Part shown: piece after piece, positions 49,912 to 60,667 of the stretch
Layout of the letters: each line of letters starts with the position of its first letter
Position numbering within the stretch: the stretch's first letter is position 1
Assembly: GCA_965262725.1 (NCBI GenBank)
Contig: OZ253555.1
Span: forward strand, 160,001 to 224,000
Direction of reading: 5' to 3'
Source: Dehalococcoidia bacterium
GTDB lineage: Bacteria; Chloroflexota; Dehalococcoidia; UBA2979
DNA: 64,000 nucleotides
Notes under the pieces: generated by a model
What the model was told of the DNA's origin: nothing
Seen by the model: only the letters and a program-made list of their open reading frames with translations
The model's database searches: none
Program-made: the position numbers and the translations under genes

Positions 49912-51096
49912 ATGAACTTTCACTTCTCCGAGGAGGAGGAGCGCTTCCGTCAGGAGATGCGCGACTTTCTCGCGGGACGCCTGCCGGCCGACTGGAACGA
50001 TCAGAGCTTCCTGCTCGCTCAGGACGCGCCCGAGCGCGACGAGATCGCCGGCGAGCTCGCGCGCGAGCTCGGTGAGAAGCGCTGGCTCGCGCTCGCCTGG
50101 CCGAAGCGCTACGGAGGCGCCGGCGCCTCCTACCTGCAGCAGACCGTCTACAGCGAGGAGATCGCCTACCACGCCGCACCCACCCAGAGCGCCGCCGGCG
50201 TGCAGTGGGTCGGTCCCGCAATCATGCGCTTCGGGGACGAGGCGCAGCGCGAGCGCTACCTCCCGCGCATCGCCGGTGGCGACGAGACCTGGTGCACGCT
50301 CTACTCGGAGCCCGGCGCCGGCTCCGACCTCGCGTCGATTCGAACGCGCGCCGTGCGCGACGGCGACGAGTGGGTGATCAACGGGCAGAAGCTGTGGGCG
50401 GCGGGCGCGGGGCGAGCCACGCTCGGCTGGCTCGCGGCCCGCACCGACCCCGCCGCCCCGAAGCACCGGGGCATCTCCACCTTCGTGCTGCCGATGGACG
50501 CCCCCGGCATCACCATGCGGCCCATCGAGGACATCACTGGAGCGCGGACGCTCAACGAGGTCTACCTAGACAACGTGCGCATCCCCGCCGACCACCTCGT
50601 TGGCGAGGAGAACCGCGGCTGGTACCAGGTCGCGCAGACACTCGACATGGAGCGCTCCGGCGTCGGCACGTTCGCGACGGGTCGGCGCAACGTGGAGAAG
50701 CTGGTCGAGATCGCGAAGGCCCGGCGCGACCTGCTCTCGCAGCGCCCCGCCTCCCGCTACGAGCTCGCTGACCGCTGGATCGAGCTCGAAGTGGGCTACC
50801 AGGTCGCCTACCGCATCCCCTATCTCCAGGAGGGGGGGGCGACCCCGAACTACGAGGCATCCGTCTCCAAGCTCTTCGGCGCGGAGCTGACGCAGCGCAT
50901 TGCACAGACCGGCGTGCAGCTCTTGGGGACGGGCGGCCAGGTAGCGTCCGGAGCCGGTCCGGGGGACGCGGCCGCACCCCTCGGTGGCGCTCTGTCCCGC
51001 AACTACCTCGCCGCGGTCGCCTCTACGATCGCCTCCGGCACGAGCGAGGTGCAGCGGGGCGTGATCGCGCGTCGGGGACTCGGCCTCCCGCGCTGA
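49912..51096 (+). CDS. Acyl-CoA dehydrogenase (FadE26/29-like subunit)
   Basis: YSEPGAGSDLAS, NGQKLW, KHRGIS and TIASGTSEVQR motifs. Confidence 0.93.
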   Translation: MNFHFSEEEERFRQEMRDFLAGRLPADWNDQSFLLAQDAPERDEIAGELARELGEKRWLALAWPKRYGGAGASYLQQTVYSEEIAYHAAPTQSAAGVQWVGPAIMRFGDEAQRERYLPRIAGGDETWCTLYSEPGAGSDLASIRTRAVRDGDEWVINGQKLWAAGAGRATLGWLAARTDPAAPKHRGISTFVLPMDAPGITMRPIEDITGARTLNEVYLDNVRIPADHLVGEENRGWYQVAQTLDMERSGVGTFATGRRNVEKLVEIAKARRDLLSQRPASRYELADRWIELEVGYQVAYRIPYLQEGGATPNYEASVSKLFGAELTQRIAQTGVQLLGTGGQVASGAGPGDAAAPLGGALSRNYLAAVASTIASGTSEVQRGVIARRGLGLPR

Positions 51097-51120
51097 CGCG
51101 GCCGCCGGGAGGCGGCCGCA

Positions 51121-51645
51121 CTACTCCTGCGACTCCGCGATCGCCCGCGCGAGGTGTTCGTCCTCGATGAAGGGCGCGCCGGCGGCCTCGCGCAGGGCGG
51201 CGGCGCGCAGGAGTATCTCCGCCTCGTCGCATCCCGCCGGGGGCTCCCGGGTCCAGGCCGTCAGTGTGATCAGGACGCCGCTCGGGTCCTCGAGGAAGAC
51301 GAGGCGCTCGTACCCGCGGCGGATCTCCTCCGATGCCTGGACTCCCGCTCGCGCCAGTTCGTGATATGCGGCGTCGAGCTCGGAGCCGGAGACGCGCAGG
51401 CTCAGGTACTGCATGGAGCCGACGCCGATCTGCGCCTCGGCGAGCTTCATCTTCGGGTCGATCGGCCCGACGAGCAGCAGTCTGGTCCCGGAGCCCGCGT
51501 CGAGCAGCGCCTGCACCGACTCGGCGTCGTCTCGATTCGGCTCCATGAAGAGGAGGCGCATGCCGAGCGCACGCTCGTAGAAGGAGATCGTCTCCTCCAT
51601 GTTGCGGCAGATGATAGCGGGATAGCCGATACCCTGAACGCGCAC
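51121..51645 (-). CDS. VOC/glyoxalase family protein
   Basis: MEETISFYERALGM and VFLEDPSG motifs; start placed at GTG after GGAGGGG. Confidence 0.8.
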   Translation of the reverse strand: MRVQGIGYPAIICRNMEETISFYERALGMRLLFMEPNRDDAESVQALLDAGSGTRLLLVGPIDPKMKLAEAQIGVGSMQYLSLRVSGSELDAAYHELARAGVQASEEIRRGYERLVFLEDPSGVLITLTAWTREPPAGCDEAEILLRAAALREAAGAPFIEDEHLARAIAESQE

Positions 51646-51852
51646 GCCCGCCGCCCCTCCCGCGCCGCCTACGGGCGGCAGCATACGGCAGCACGGTGCC
51701 GGAGCGGCGCAGCGGCCGTTCGGTGCCGTCTCGCGGACAGGCCGCGCTCACGCCCCGGGCAGGCCGCGTGGCGGCCGGATCCCGCCACGCGGGGCTCGTG
51801 CTAGTCTGGCCGCCGCCCGGAGGAGTCGGGCGCAGCACTCTCGGAGAATTCC

Positions 51853-52494
51853 GTGCACAGACTCTACGCCGTCCCGGCCGGCCCACCGGCGCCCCCCCTG
51901 CTCTATGGAGCGCGCGCATGGATGCCGCGCACCGCGGCGTGGCAACTCGCCGTGCTCGCGGTCGTCGCGGGCACCGCTCTGCTCGCCGTGTCGGCGCGCC
52001 TTCGCATCGAGCTCGGCTTCTCGCCGGTGCCGATCACGGGACAGACCTTCGCGGTGCTGCTGATCGGCGCCGTCTACGGGAGCCGGCTCGGCGCGGCCAC
52101 GATCCTCGCCTACCTGGCCGAGGGCATCTCAGGCCTCCCGGTGTTCGCCGGGGGCGCGAGCGGGTGGGCCTACTTCACGGCGACCTCGGGCGGCTACTTT
52201 GTTGGCTTCGTCGTCGCCGCGTACGCGGTCGGCTGGCTCGCCGAGCGTGGCTGGGACCGCTCCGGTCTCACGATGGCGGTCGCGATGGTGGTCGGGAACG
52301 TCCTCATCTACGTGCCCGGCTGGGCGTGGCTGATGAGCGAGCTCGGCGTCTCGGCCGGGCGCGCGTGGGACCTGGGCGTGCAGCCGTTCCTGTGGGGCGA
52401 CGCCCTGAAGATGGGCCTCGCCTCCGGCCTGCTCCCCGCCGCGTGGGCGCTGCGGGAGAAGGTGGCGCCGCGCGGCGGCTCCGCCGGCGGATAG
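51853..52494 (+). CDS. bioY: Biotin transporter S component
   Basis: PVPITGQTFAV, GLPVFAGG and GGYFVGF motifs. Confidence 0.93.
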   Translation: MHRLYAVPAGPPAPPLLYGARAWMPRTAAWQLAVLAVVAGTALLAVSARLRIELGFSPVPITGQTFAVLLIGAVYGSRLGAATILAYLAEGISGLPVFAGGASGWAYFTATSGGYFVGFVVAAYAVGWLAERGWDRSGLTMAVAMVVGNVLIYVPGWAWLMSELGVSAGRAWDLGVQPFLWGDALKMGLASGLLPAAWALREKVAPRGGSAGG

Positions 52495-52776
52495 CCGTCC
52501 CAGTCCGGAGATCGCCGCCAGCGGGCCCGAGGTCTACGCAGCCACGGCGGCGCCACCCACTGGCCGCCGCCGGCTCGACGTTTCTGGCGACCGGCGGTAG
52601 CCTCACCGGCGGGATGTCGATGGGAACGCTGATGGCGGATCCACACCCCGGCGCGGTACGAACGGGCGGCTAGCGGGACCGGGAGCGGCCTCGCGGACGC
52701 CGCGCGCGCCCCGCCACCGGCGGGGCGTTCTCGTATGCGGCCGAGACTGCCGGGCGGAAGCACGAGGGACCGAGCG

Positions 52777-55479
52777 ATGACGGCGACCCCCGAGGCCGAC
52801 GGCGCGCGCGCGGAGTTCGCGATGTCCGCCGCCTACGACCCCTCCGAGGTCGAGGAGCGCATCTACGATGAGTGGGAGCGGGGCGGCCACTTCCGCCCGA
52901 GCGGCGGCGAGCGGCCGTTCACGATCATCATGCCGCCCCCCAACCTCACGGGTGAGCTGCACATGGGGCACGCGCTCACGGTGGCCGTGGAGGACATCCT
53001 TGTCCGCTGGCACCGGATGCGCGGCGACGACACGCTCTGGCTGCCCGGCGTCGATCACGCCGCGATCGCGGTCAACACGCTCGTCGAGCGCGAGCTCGCC
53101 GCCGAGGGGATTTCCCGCCACGACATCGGGCGCGAGCGCTTCCTGGAGCGCGTCTGGGAGTTCGTGACCCGCTCGCGATCCCGCATCTCCGTGCAACACC
53201 GCCGGCTCGGCGCCTCGGCGGACTGGGAGCGCGAGCGATTCACCATGGATGCGGGGCCGCGCCGCGCCGTGCGCCAGACCTTCGTGAACCTCTACCGGGA
53301 CGGGCTCATCTACCGCGGCGAACGCATCATCAACTGGTGCCCGGACTGCGCCACGGCGCTCTCCGACCTGGAGGTCGAACACGCCGACGAGCCGGGGGCG
53401 TTCTGGCACATCCGCTACGAGGTCGCGGACGAGCGGGGTCAGGCGTCGGGCGAGTATCTGGTGATCGCGACGACGCGGCCGGAGACGATTCCCGCGGACA
53501 CCGGCGTCGCCGTGAACCCGGAGGATGAACGCTACGCGCACCTGATCGGGAGGCGCGCGATCGTCCCCGCCGGCGGGCGCCTCGTCCCGATCGTCGGCGA
53601 CGCCGCGGTCGTGGCCGAGGCGGGTACGGGCGTGCTCAAGGTCACGCCGGGCCACGATCCCATCGACTTCGAGATCGGGGAGAGACACGGTCTCCCGATC
53701 CTCTCGATCTTGAGGCCCGACGGCCACCTGAACGAGGAGGCGGGCGAGTACGCGGGCCTCGAACGCTTCGAGGCGCGCGTACGCGTCGTCGCCGACCTGA
53801 CGGCGCGCGGTCTCGTCGGGCTCATCGAGCCGTACACGCACGCGGTGGGCCACTGCCAGCGCTCCGGCACGATCGTCGAGCCCATCGTCTCCGAGCAGTG
53901 GTTCGTGCGCGTGGAGCCGCTCGCCCGCCCCGCGCTCGAAGCCGTCCGGGACGGTCGCATCCGCTTCGTCCCCGCCCGCTTCGCGCGCACCTACGAACAC
54001 TGGATGGAGAACATCCGCGACTGGACGATCAGTCGCCAGATCTGGTGGGGCCACCGCGTTCCGGTCTGGTACTGCGACGACTGCGACCAGGTCACCGTCT
54101 CAGTCGACGATCCCGACCGCTGCGAGGGCTGCTCGGGCGGCGCCATCAGGCAGGACGAGGACACGCTGGACACGTGGTTCTCGTCGGGGCTGTGGCCCCA
54201 CTCCACGCTCGGCTGGCCGGACGAGCACGACCCCGACCTCGGCCGCTTCTACCCGACGCAGGTCATGGAGACCGGCTACGACATCATCTTCTTCTGGGTG
54301 GCGCGGATGGTGATGCTCTCGCTCTACAACATGCGCGGCGAGGTCCCCTTCGAGACGGTCTACTTGCACGGGCTCGTGCGCGCCGAGGACGGGACGAAGA
54401 TGTCGAAGTCCCGCGGCAACGTCGTCGACCCGCTCGCCGTCATAGACCGCTACGGGACGGACGCGCTGCGCTACACCGTCGTCTCCGGCTCCTCGCCCGG
54501 CAACGACCAGCGCCTCTCCGACCAGAGGCTCGAGGCGGGGCGCAACCTCGCGAACAAGCTGTGGAACGCCTCCCGCTTCGTGCTCTCGATGGTCGAGGAC
54601 TCAGACGATCTGACGCCGCCCGGGCCGGATGCCGCCCTCCCGCTCGAGGATCGATGGATCCTCTCGCGCCACGCCCGACTGGTCGCGACGGTCGAGGAAC
54701 TCCTGGAGAAATTCGAGCTCGCCGAGGCGCTCAGGCGGCTCCGGGACTTCTTCTGGGAGGAGTTCGCCGACTGGTACATCGAGTTCTCGAAGGTGCGGGT
54801 CCGCGACGGCGATCGCTCGTCCCTTCCCGTGCTCGTCGGCGTGCTCGACTCCCTGCTGCGCCTCTTCCACCCCTTCATGCCGTTCGTCACCGAGGAGATA
54901 TGGGGGCGGCTCGTCCGCGTGCGTCCCGACGGCGACGGCGCGCCCCTGCTCATCGTCGCCCGCTACCCCGAGGCCGCCCCCAGGGCGCGGTGGCTCGACG
55001 AGGAGGCCGAGCGCGAGTTTCAGGCGGTGCAGGACTTCGTCCGCGCGATCCGCAACGTCCGCTCCGAGAAGCGCGTGGAGGCGGGGCGATGGGTCGAGGC
55101 GTACGTCGTGGGCGCGGAGGCGTGCGCGGCGGCTCAGCGGCTGAAGCCGGCGATCGAGCAACTCGCCCGCGCGCGGCCGCTGCACGTCGTGGAGGCCCCG
55201 GACGATGCCCCGTCGGACGGCGTGGTCGCGACCGTGCTTCCGGTCGGGCGCGTCGTTGTGCCGCTCGGCGGCCTCGTCGATCTCGATGCGGAGCGGCTCC
55301 GGCTCGGCTCGCAGATCGAGCGGCTCTCGCGCGAGATCGACCGCCTCGAGACGAAGCTCGCGAACGAGCAGTTCCGTACCCGAGCGCCCGCCGCGGTGGT
55401 CGCCAAGGAGGAGGAGCGCCTGGCGACCGCGCGCCGTCAGCGAGCGGGCTTCGAGGGATCGATGGCGGAGCTCGTCTGA
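52777..55479 (+). CDS. valS: Valine--tRNA ligase
   Basis: PPPNLTGELHMGH, DWTISRQIWWGH, KMSKS and C-terminal coiled coil. Confidence 0.97.
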   Translation: MTATPEADGARAEFAMSAAYDPSEVEERIYDEWERGGHFRPSGGERPFTIIMPPPNLTGELHMGHALTVAVEDILVRWHRMRGDDTLWLPGVDHAAIAVNTLVERELAAEGISRHDIGRERFLERVWEFVTRSRSRISVQHRRLGASADWERERFTMDAGPRRAVRQTFVNLYRDGLIYRGERIINWCPDCATALSDLEVEHADEPGAFWHIRYEVADERGQASGEYLVIATTRPETIPADTGVAVNPEDERYAHLIGRRAIVPAGGRLVPIVGDAAVVAEAGTGVLKVTPGHDPIDFEIGERHGLPILSILRPDGHLNEEAGEYAGLERFEARVRVVADLTARGLVGLIEPYTHAVGHCQRSGTIVEPIVSEQWFVRVEPLARPALEAVRDGRIRFVPARFARTYEHWMENIRDWTISRQIWWGHRVPVWYCDDCDQVTVSVDDPDRCEGCSGGAIRQDEDTLDTWFSSGLWPHSTLGWPDEHDPDLGRFYPTQVMETGYDIIFFWVARMVMLSLYNMRGEVPFETVYLHGLVRAEDGTKMSKSRGNVVDPLAVIDRYGTDALRYTVVSGSSPGNDQRLSDQRLEAGRNLANKLWNASRFVLSMVEDSDDLTPPGPDAALPLEDRWILSRHARLVATVEELLEKFELAEALRRLRDFFWEEFADWYIEFSKVRVRDGDRSSLPVLVGVLDSLLRLFHPFMPFVTEEIWGRLVRVRPDGDGAPLLIVARYPEAAPRARWLDEEAEREFQAVQDFVRAIRNVRSEKRVEAGRWVEAYVVGAEACAAAQRLKPAIEQLARARPLHVVEAPDDAPSDGVVATVLPVGRVVVPLGGLVDLDAERLRLGSQIERLSREIDRLETKLANEQFRTRAPAAVVAKEEERLATARRQRAGFEGSMAELV

Positions 55480-55507
55480 CCCCCCCGCGCGGCCGCGCCG
55501 GGGGGCG
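55480..55507 (+). terminator. GC hairpin after valS (possible terminator, no U tract)
   Basis: CCCCCC...GGGGGG inverted repeat immediately after the stop. Confidence 0.3.
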
Positions 55508-55645
55508 GTCGAGGGTTGAGTCCAACGTCCCCCGCTGCTAGGGTTCGACGCGCGCCGGGTCCCATACGCCCCCGCACGGCGGGCCCCGGCCCGCGCGGCG
55601 CGGTGACGCTGCGTGTGGTCCCCCCGACGCGGTGGGAGCGCTCCC

Positions 55646-56023
55646 GTGGAACAGTCACTGGATTCCCTCTTCGGCGACTACCTCCCCGTCCTGATCGGCA
55701 CCGTGGTCGGCTTCTTCCTCGTCTTCACGGCGGTCATCGCGACCCGGCTGCTCGCACCCTTCTCCGAGGAGCGTGAGAAGGGCACGACCTACGAGTGCGG
55801 CATGCTGCCGCTTCGGCGCGCGAGCACGAATATCGGCGTGCGCTTCTACCTCTACGCGATCCTCTTCGTCCTCTTCGACGTCGAGGCCATCTTCCTCTTC
55901 CCGTGGATGCTCTCCTTCGTGGATCTGGGACCCGCGGCGTACTACCAGATGCTGCTCTTCATCATGGTGCTGGGCGCAGGCCTGGGCTACGCGTGGAAGA
56001 AAGGAGCCCTCCAGTGGCGATGA
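55646..56023 (+). CDS. nuoA: NADH-quinone oxidoreductase subunit A
   Basis: [18 protein letters not shown] and WKKGALQW motifs. Confidence 0.95.
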   Translation: MEQSLDSLFGDYLPVLIGTVVGFFLVFTAVIATRLLAPFSEEREKGTTYECGMLPLRRASTNIGVRFYLYAILFVLFDVEAIFLFPWMLSFVDLGPAAYYQMLLFIMVLGAGLGYAWKKGALQWR

Positions 56024-56646
56024 CGCCTTCCCGTTCGCCCGGCGCGAGCGGCGGCACCCTCGTCTCGACGCCGGCCGTCCCGGTCGAGCCCGGGATCGCT
56101 CCGCTCCTGCCGCGGGAGCACCCCGCGGAGGAGCTGGCTCTCACCCCCGTGGAGCGGCGGCCCGGCAAGGCCCTCTACAAGACGCTGCTCCCGGGCGTGA
56201 TGCAGGTGCCGGCGGATCTCGTGCTGGCGCTGGGGCGCAAGTCGTCCCTGTGGCCGATGACCTTCGGCCTCGCCTGCTGTGCCATCGAGATGATCGCGAC
56301 CTACATGGCGCACTACGATCTCGATCGCTTCGGCATCGTCCCGTGGCCGTCGCCGCGGCAGTCGGACGTGATGATCGTGGCCGGCACCGTGACGAAGAAG
56401 ATGGCGCCGGCCGTGAAGCTCCTCTACGAGCAGATGCCGAACCCGAAGTGGGTGATATCGATGGGCGCCTGCGCGACCAACGGCGGTCCCTACACGCGCT
56501 ATGACCGCGTGCTCCAGGGCGTGGACAAGATCGTCCCCGTCGACGTCTATGTCCCCGGCTGCCCGCCGCGGCCGGAGGCCCTGATCGACGCGCTGATCTC
56601 ACTCCAGGAGAAGATCATGGAGGAGCGGAAGGCGCTCGGCGCGTGA
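56020..56646 (+). CDS. nuoB: NADH-quinone oxidoreductase subunit B
   Basis: [20 protein letters not shown] and PGCPPRPE motifs. Confidence 0.96.
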   Translation: MTPSRSPGASGGTLVSTPAVPVEPGIAPLLPREHPAEELALTPVERRPGKALYKTLLPGVMQVPADLVLALGRKSSLWPMTFGLACCAIEMIATYMAHYDLDRFGIVPWPSPRQSDVMIVAGTVTKKMAPAVKLLYEQMPNPKWVISMGACATNGGPYTRYDRVLQGVDKIVPVDVYVPGCPPRPEALIDALISLQEKIMEERKALGA

Positions 56647-57218
56647 CGACGGAGGATGGCACCCCGGCTCCGGACAGCGCTCCCGGCGACGCCGCGCGCG
56701 ACTACCTGGCCACCACGAACTGGGCGCTCGTCGATGAGGCGCTGTCCGGCATCACGGCGACGCCGGTGACCGACGAGGCGGAGCGCAGCGTGATCGATCT
56801 CATCGTGCGCGTCCCTCCGCGGGAGGTTCTCTCGGCCCTCCGCGCGCTGCGGAACGCGGAGGGCGCGAGCTTCGACTACCTGCGTTCGCTCACGGCCGTC
56901 GACCTCGAGGAGGAAGGGGTGGACATCGTCTACCATCTCTACTCGATCGCCACGAAGCACAACGTGACCGTGAAGTGCCGGCTCCCCGCCGATCGACTCG
57001 CGGTGGAGAGCGCCACCCCGGTGTGGCGGGCCGCGAACTGGTACGAGCGCGAGGTGGGCGAGATGTTCGGCGTGCGCTTCGAGGGCCATCCGGACCCCCG
57101 CAACCTGCTCCTCCCCGAGGACATGACCGACGTCTTCCCGCTCCGGAAGTCCCACCCGCTCGCCGAGATCGAGCTGCTGCAGGGCGAGGGGATCGCCTAC
57201 GAGGAGGGGGAGCTCTAG
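56643..57218 (+). CDS. nuoC: NADH-quinone oxidoreductase subunit C
   Basis: [20 protein letters not shown] and PLRK motifs. Confidence 0.93.
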   Translation: MTTEDGTPAPDSAPGDAARDYLATTNWALVDEALSGITATPVTDEAERSVIDLIVRVPPREVLSALRALRNAEGASFDYLRSLTAVDLEEEGVDIVYHLYSIATKHNVTVKCRLPADRLAVESATPVWRAANWYEREVGEMFGVRFEGHPDPRNLLLPEDMTDVFPLRKSHPLAEIELLQGEGIAYEEGEL

Positions 57219-58346
57219 GTGGTCGCGCATATCCCCGACCAGGAATTCGAGACCCAGGAGCTCCTGATCAACATGGGGCCGCAGCACCCCTCCACGCACG
57301 GCGTCTTCCGCATGGTGCTGGGAGTCGACGGCGAGGTCGTGACCGAGGTCGTTCCCTACATCGGCTACATGCACAGAGGCGCCGAGAAGCTCTGCGAGAC
57401 GATGGACTTCCGGCAGGGCATCGGCTACATGGACCGCACCGAGTACCTCGCCAACTTCAACGCCGAGCTCTCCTACGTGCTCGCGGTCGAGGGGCTCGCC
57501 GGGATCGACGTGCCCGAGCGGGCACAGTGGATCCGCATGATCCTCTGCGAGCTGAACAGGCTGTCGAGCCATTTCATGTTCACGGGGGCCTTCGGCACCG
57601 ACGTCGGCGTCTTCGGCACGGCCTTCGTCTACTCCTTCCGCGAGCGTGAGGTCATCCTGGATCTCTTCGAGGAGGTCACGGGCGACCGGTTGATGTACGC
57701 CTACTTCCGGCCCGGCGGGCTCGCCTGGGAGGTGCCCGACAACTTCGAGAGCCGCGTGAACGAGGTCCTGCTCTCCGCCGAGCGCGGGATCCGGGATATG
57801 GATGGCCTGCTCACGCAGAACGAGATCTTCCTCGCCCGCACCAAGGGCGTGGGCGTGATCTCCCCCGCCGACGCCATCGACTGGGGGATGAGCGGCCCCT
57901 CGCTCCGCGCCTCCGGCGTCCCGTTGGACCTCAGGCGCGACGATCCCTACCTCTACTACCCGGAGGTGAAGTTCGACGTGATCACCGGCGAGGCTGGCGA
58001 TGTCTTCGACCGCTACCACGTGCGTCTGCGGGAGATGCGCGAGTCGATTCACATCATCGAGCAGTGCATGGAGCGCCTTCAGGACGGCCCGATCCTGCCG
58101 GCGCGGCTGCCGCGCATGCTGCGCACGCCTCCCGGCGAGATCTACGCGCGCACGGAGGCGCCGCGCGGCGAGTACGGGATCTACCTCGTCTCCAAGGGGG
58201 GGAACCGGCCGTACCGGCTGAAGATCCGCAGCGCCTGTCTCTCCAACCTGCAGGCGCTGCGCGACATGACGATCGGCCACTACGTGGCCGACGCCGTGAT
58301 CATCCTGGGATCGATCGACATCGTGCTCTGCGAGGTCGACCGGTGA
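57219..58346 (+). CDS. nuoD: NADH-quinone oxidoreductase subunit D
   Basis: NMGPQHPSTHGVFR, GYMHRGAEK, EAPRGE and C-terminal EVDR. Confidence 0.96.
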   Translation: MVAHIPDQEFETQELLINMGPQHPSTHGVFRMVLGVDGEVVTEVVPYIGYMHRGAEKLCETMDFRQGIGYMDRTEYLANFNAELSYVLAVEGLAGIDVPERAQWIRMILCELNRLSSHFMFTGAFGTDVGVFGTAFVYSFREREVILDLFEEVTGDRLMYAYFRPGGLAWEVPDNFESRVNEVLLSAERGIRDMDGLLTQNEIFLARTKGVGVISPADAIDWGMSGPSLRASGVPLDLRRDDPYLYYPEVKFDVITGEAGDVFDRYHVRLREMRESIHIIEQCMERLQDGPILPARLPRMLRTPPGEIYARTEAPRGEYGIYLVSKGGNRPYRLKIRSACLSNLQALRDMTIGHYVADAVIILGSIDIVLCEVDR

Positions 58347-59515
58347 ACGGGGAGATCTTCGGCTTCGAGATCAACATCTGGCTGGATGCCGCCGCGCGGA
58401 TCGGTCTCGCCGTCGCGCTGATGACGGTCGCCGCGATGGGGCTCATCTACCTGGAGCGCAAGGTCATCGCCCGGTTCCAGCAGCGGCTGGGACCGACGCG
58501 CACCGGGCCGGCCGGGATCCTCCAGTCGCTCGCCGACGCGCTCAAGCTCCTCGGCAAGGAGGATCTGCGGCCGAGAAACGCCGACCCGTGGGTCTTCGAG
58601 CTCGCGCCCTACGTCGTCTTCATCCCCATCTTCCTCGTCTTCGTGGCGATCCCCTTCGCCTTCGACTGGCAGATCCGCGTCCTCGAGCTGGGGCTCCTCT
58701 ACGTGCTCGCCGTCTCGTCGATCAACATCGTCGGGTGGGTGATGGCCGGCTGGGGCTCCGACAACCGCTACGCGATGCTGGGCGCCCTGCGCGCGGCGGC
58801 GCAGGGCATCTCCTACGAGCTGCCGCTTGTGATCGCGCTCGTCGCGGTGGCGATGGTCGTGAGCCTCCCGGGCGATGTGCGCGGCTCCCTGAACCTGAGC
58901 GAGATCGTCACCGAGCAGGGGCACATCCCCTACATCGTGTGGCAGCCGCTCGCCTTCGCGATCTTCTACATCGCGATGCTGGCCGAGCTGAACCGCACCC
59001 CGTTCGACATCCCCGTCGGCGAGTCCGAGGTGGTCGGCGGCCCGTTCGTCGAGTACTCGGGGATCCGCTGGTCGATGTTCTTCCTCGGGGAGTACACGGC
59101 CCTGCTCCTGCTGTCGCTGCTCGGCTCCGCGGTCTTCCTCGGCGGGTGGGCGTGGCCTCTGGGGGAGGAGATCCGCGAGCAGAACACGATCCTGGGCGTC
59201 CTCTACCAGTTCGGGCTGACGGCCCTCAAGACCGGCTTCCTCATCTTCACCGTGTTCTGGGTGCGGTCGACCATGCCCCGCATGCGCGTCGATCAGCTGA
59301 TGGCCTTCTCGTGGAAGGTGCTGCTGCCACTGTCGTTCGCGCAGATCCTCGCCAACGGACTGATCCTCGTCTACGGCTGGCCCGACGTGCTGCTGCTGCT
59401 CTCGAGCGGCGCCGGGCTCGTCATGCTGGGGGTGATCATCGACCGCGCGGTCAAGCGACCGGCGGAGCACCCGGGGCGCCGGTCGGGCGCGCTGGAAGGC
59501 GAGGCGGCGACATGA
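58343..59515 (+). CDS. nuoH: NADH-quinone oxidoreductase subunit H
   Basis: ERKVIARFQQRLGP, ISYELP and NRTPFD..ESEVVGG..EYSG motifs. Confidence 0.95.
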   Translation: MNGEIFGFEINIWLDAAARIGLAVALMTVAAMGLIYLERKVIARFQQRLGPTRTGPAGILQSLADALKLLGKEDLRPRNADPWVFELAPYVVFIPIFLVFVAIPFAFDWQIRVLELGLLYVLAVSSINIVGWVMAGWGSDNRYAMLGALRAAAQGISYELPLVIALVAVAMVVSLPGDVRGSLNLSEIVTEQGHIPYIVWQPLAFAIFYIAMLAELNRTPFDIPVGESEVVGGPFVEYSGIRWSMFFLGEYTALLLLSLLGSAVFLGGWAWPLGEEIREQNTILGVLYQFGLTALKTGFLIFTVFWVRSTMPRMRVDQLMAFSWKVLLPLSFAQILANGLILVYGWPDVLLLLSSGAGLVMLGVIIDRAVKRPAEHPGRRSGALEGEAAT

Positions 59516-59982
59516 GGGGCATCGTCAGGTCGATGGCAACGACGCTCGGCGCGTTCGTGCGCGGCCCGGTGACGCGCGAGTACCCGGAGCGGCACAAGCC
59601 GATCCCGGAGCGCGACCGCGCGTTTCCGCTCCTGCTGTGGGACTTCGACACGGACGAGCCCTTCTGCACCGGCTGCCACGCGTGCGAGCGCGCGTGCCCC
59701 GTGGAGTGCATGACGGTGCTGATGAAGGACAACCCCGCCCACACCTCCCTCGGCGGCACCTCGAAGCGCCGCAAGATCATCGACAAGTTCTGGATCGACT
59801 ACGCGCGCTGCATGCGCTGCAACATCTGCGTGGAGGTCTGCAACTTCGACGCGATCGCGATGAACAACACCTGGTCAGGGCACGAGACGTCGGTCTACGA
59901 CCGCGCGGACCTCGTGATGGACCTGCCGCAGCTTCTCGCGCAGCACAAGGCCGGCGCCATCGACGAGTGGGTCGCTCCGTGA
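59512..59982 (+). CDS. nuoI: NADH-quinone oxidoreductase subunit I
   Basis: Two 4Fe-4S motifs: CTGCHACERACP and CMRCNICVEVC. Confidence 0.93.
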   Translation: MRGIVRSMATTLGAFVRGPVTREYPERHKPIPERDRAFPLLLWDFDTDEPFCTGCHACERACPVECMTVLMKDNPAHTSLGGTSKRRKIIDKFWIDYARCMRCNICVEVCNFDAIAMNNTWSGHETSVYDRADLVMDLPQLLAQHKAGAIDEWVAP

Positions 59983-60028
59983 GCGACGCGGGGAGCCGTT
60001 CTGCCCCGCGGCCTGAGGGAGCCACACT

Positions 60029-60667
60029 GTGATCCGGCGGCTCCCCCTTCCGTCGCAGTTCGATCGCATCATCATGACCGGCGGGCTGGTGGCGAGCATC
60101 GTCCTGGCTCCGCTTCTGCTCGTGCTGGTGGTGCTGCTCGCGACGGACGAGATCAGCGCTCCGGAGTTCGTCTTCTGGATCGTCGCCGCGGTGGTGGTGG
60201 GCGGGGCGCTGGGGACCGTGCTCCTCCCCAACATCGTCTACGCGGCCCTCTCGCTGGTCGCGACGCTGCTCGGGGTGGCCGGCGTCTACCTCCTGCTGGG
60301 CTCGGAGTTCCTCGCGCTGGCGCAGGTGCTCATCTACGGCGGCGGCGTGGTCATCCTGCTGCTCTTCGGACTCATGCTGACGAATGCGACCGACGATCCC
60401 GTGGTCACGGACGGTTCGCAGAAGCCGTTCGCGGCGATAGTGGGGCTGCTCCTCGCCGGCGTGATCGTGGCCGCCGCGTACGACGCGCAGTGGGGAGCGA
60501 CCGAGGTGGCGGCATCCAGCCTGCGCGACTTCGGCGAAAAGCTCTTCGGCGAGTTCATGGTGCCCTTCATCATCATCGCCGTGCTCCTGGACGTGGCGCT
60601 CACCGGCGCCTACGTCAACGCGCGCCGTGACCGCGCCGCGCCCGCCGATGAGGAGGCGCCTCAGTGA
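60029..60667 (+). CDS. nuoJ: NADH-quinone oxidoreductase subunit J
   Basis: EFLALAQVLIYGGGVVILLLFGLML. Confidence 0.92.
   Translation: MIRRLPLPSQFDRIIMTGGLVASIVLAPLLLVLVVLLATDEISAPEFVFWIVAAVVVGGALGTVLLPNIVYAALSLVATLLGVAGVYLLLGSEFLALAQVLIYGGGVVILLLFGLMLTNATDDPVVTDGSQKPFAAIVGLLLAGVIVAAAYDAQWGATEVAASSLRDFGEKLFGEFMVPFIIIAVLLDVALTGAYVNARRDRAAPADEEAPQ

Noticed and set aside
52495-52776. Long valS upstream region as a T-box riboswitch or small gene
   Set aside because: No T-box consensus (GGTGGNACCGCG) or terminator; the short ORF has no convincing start or motif
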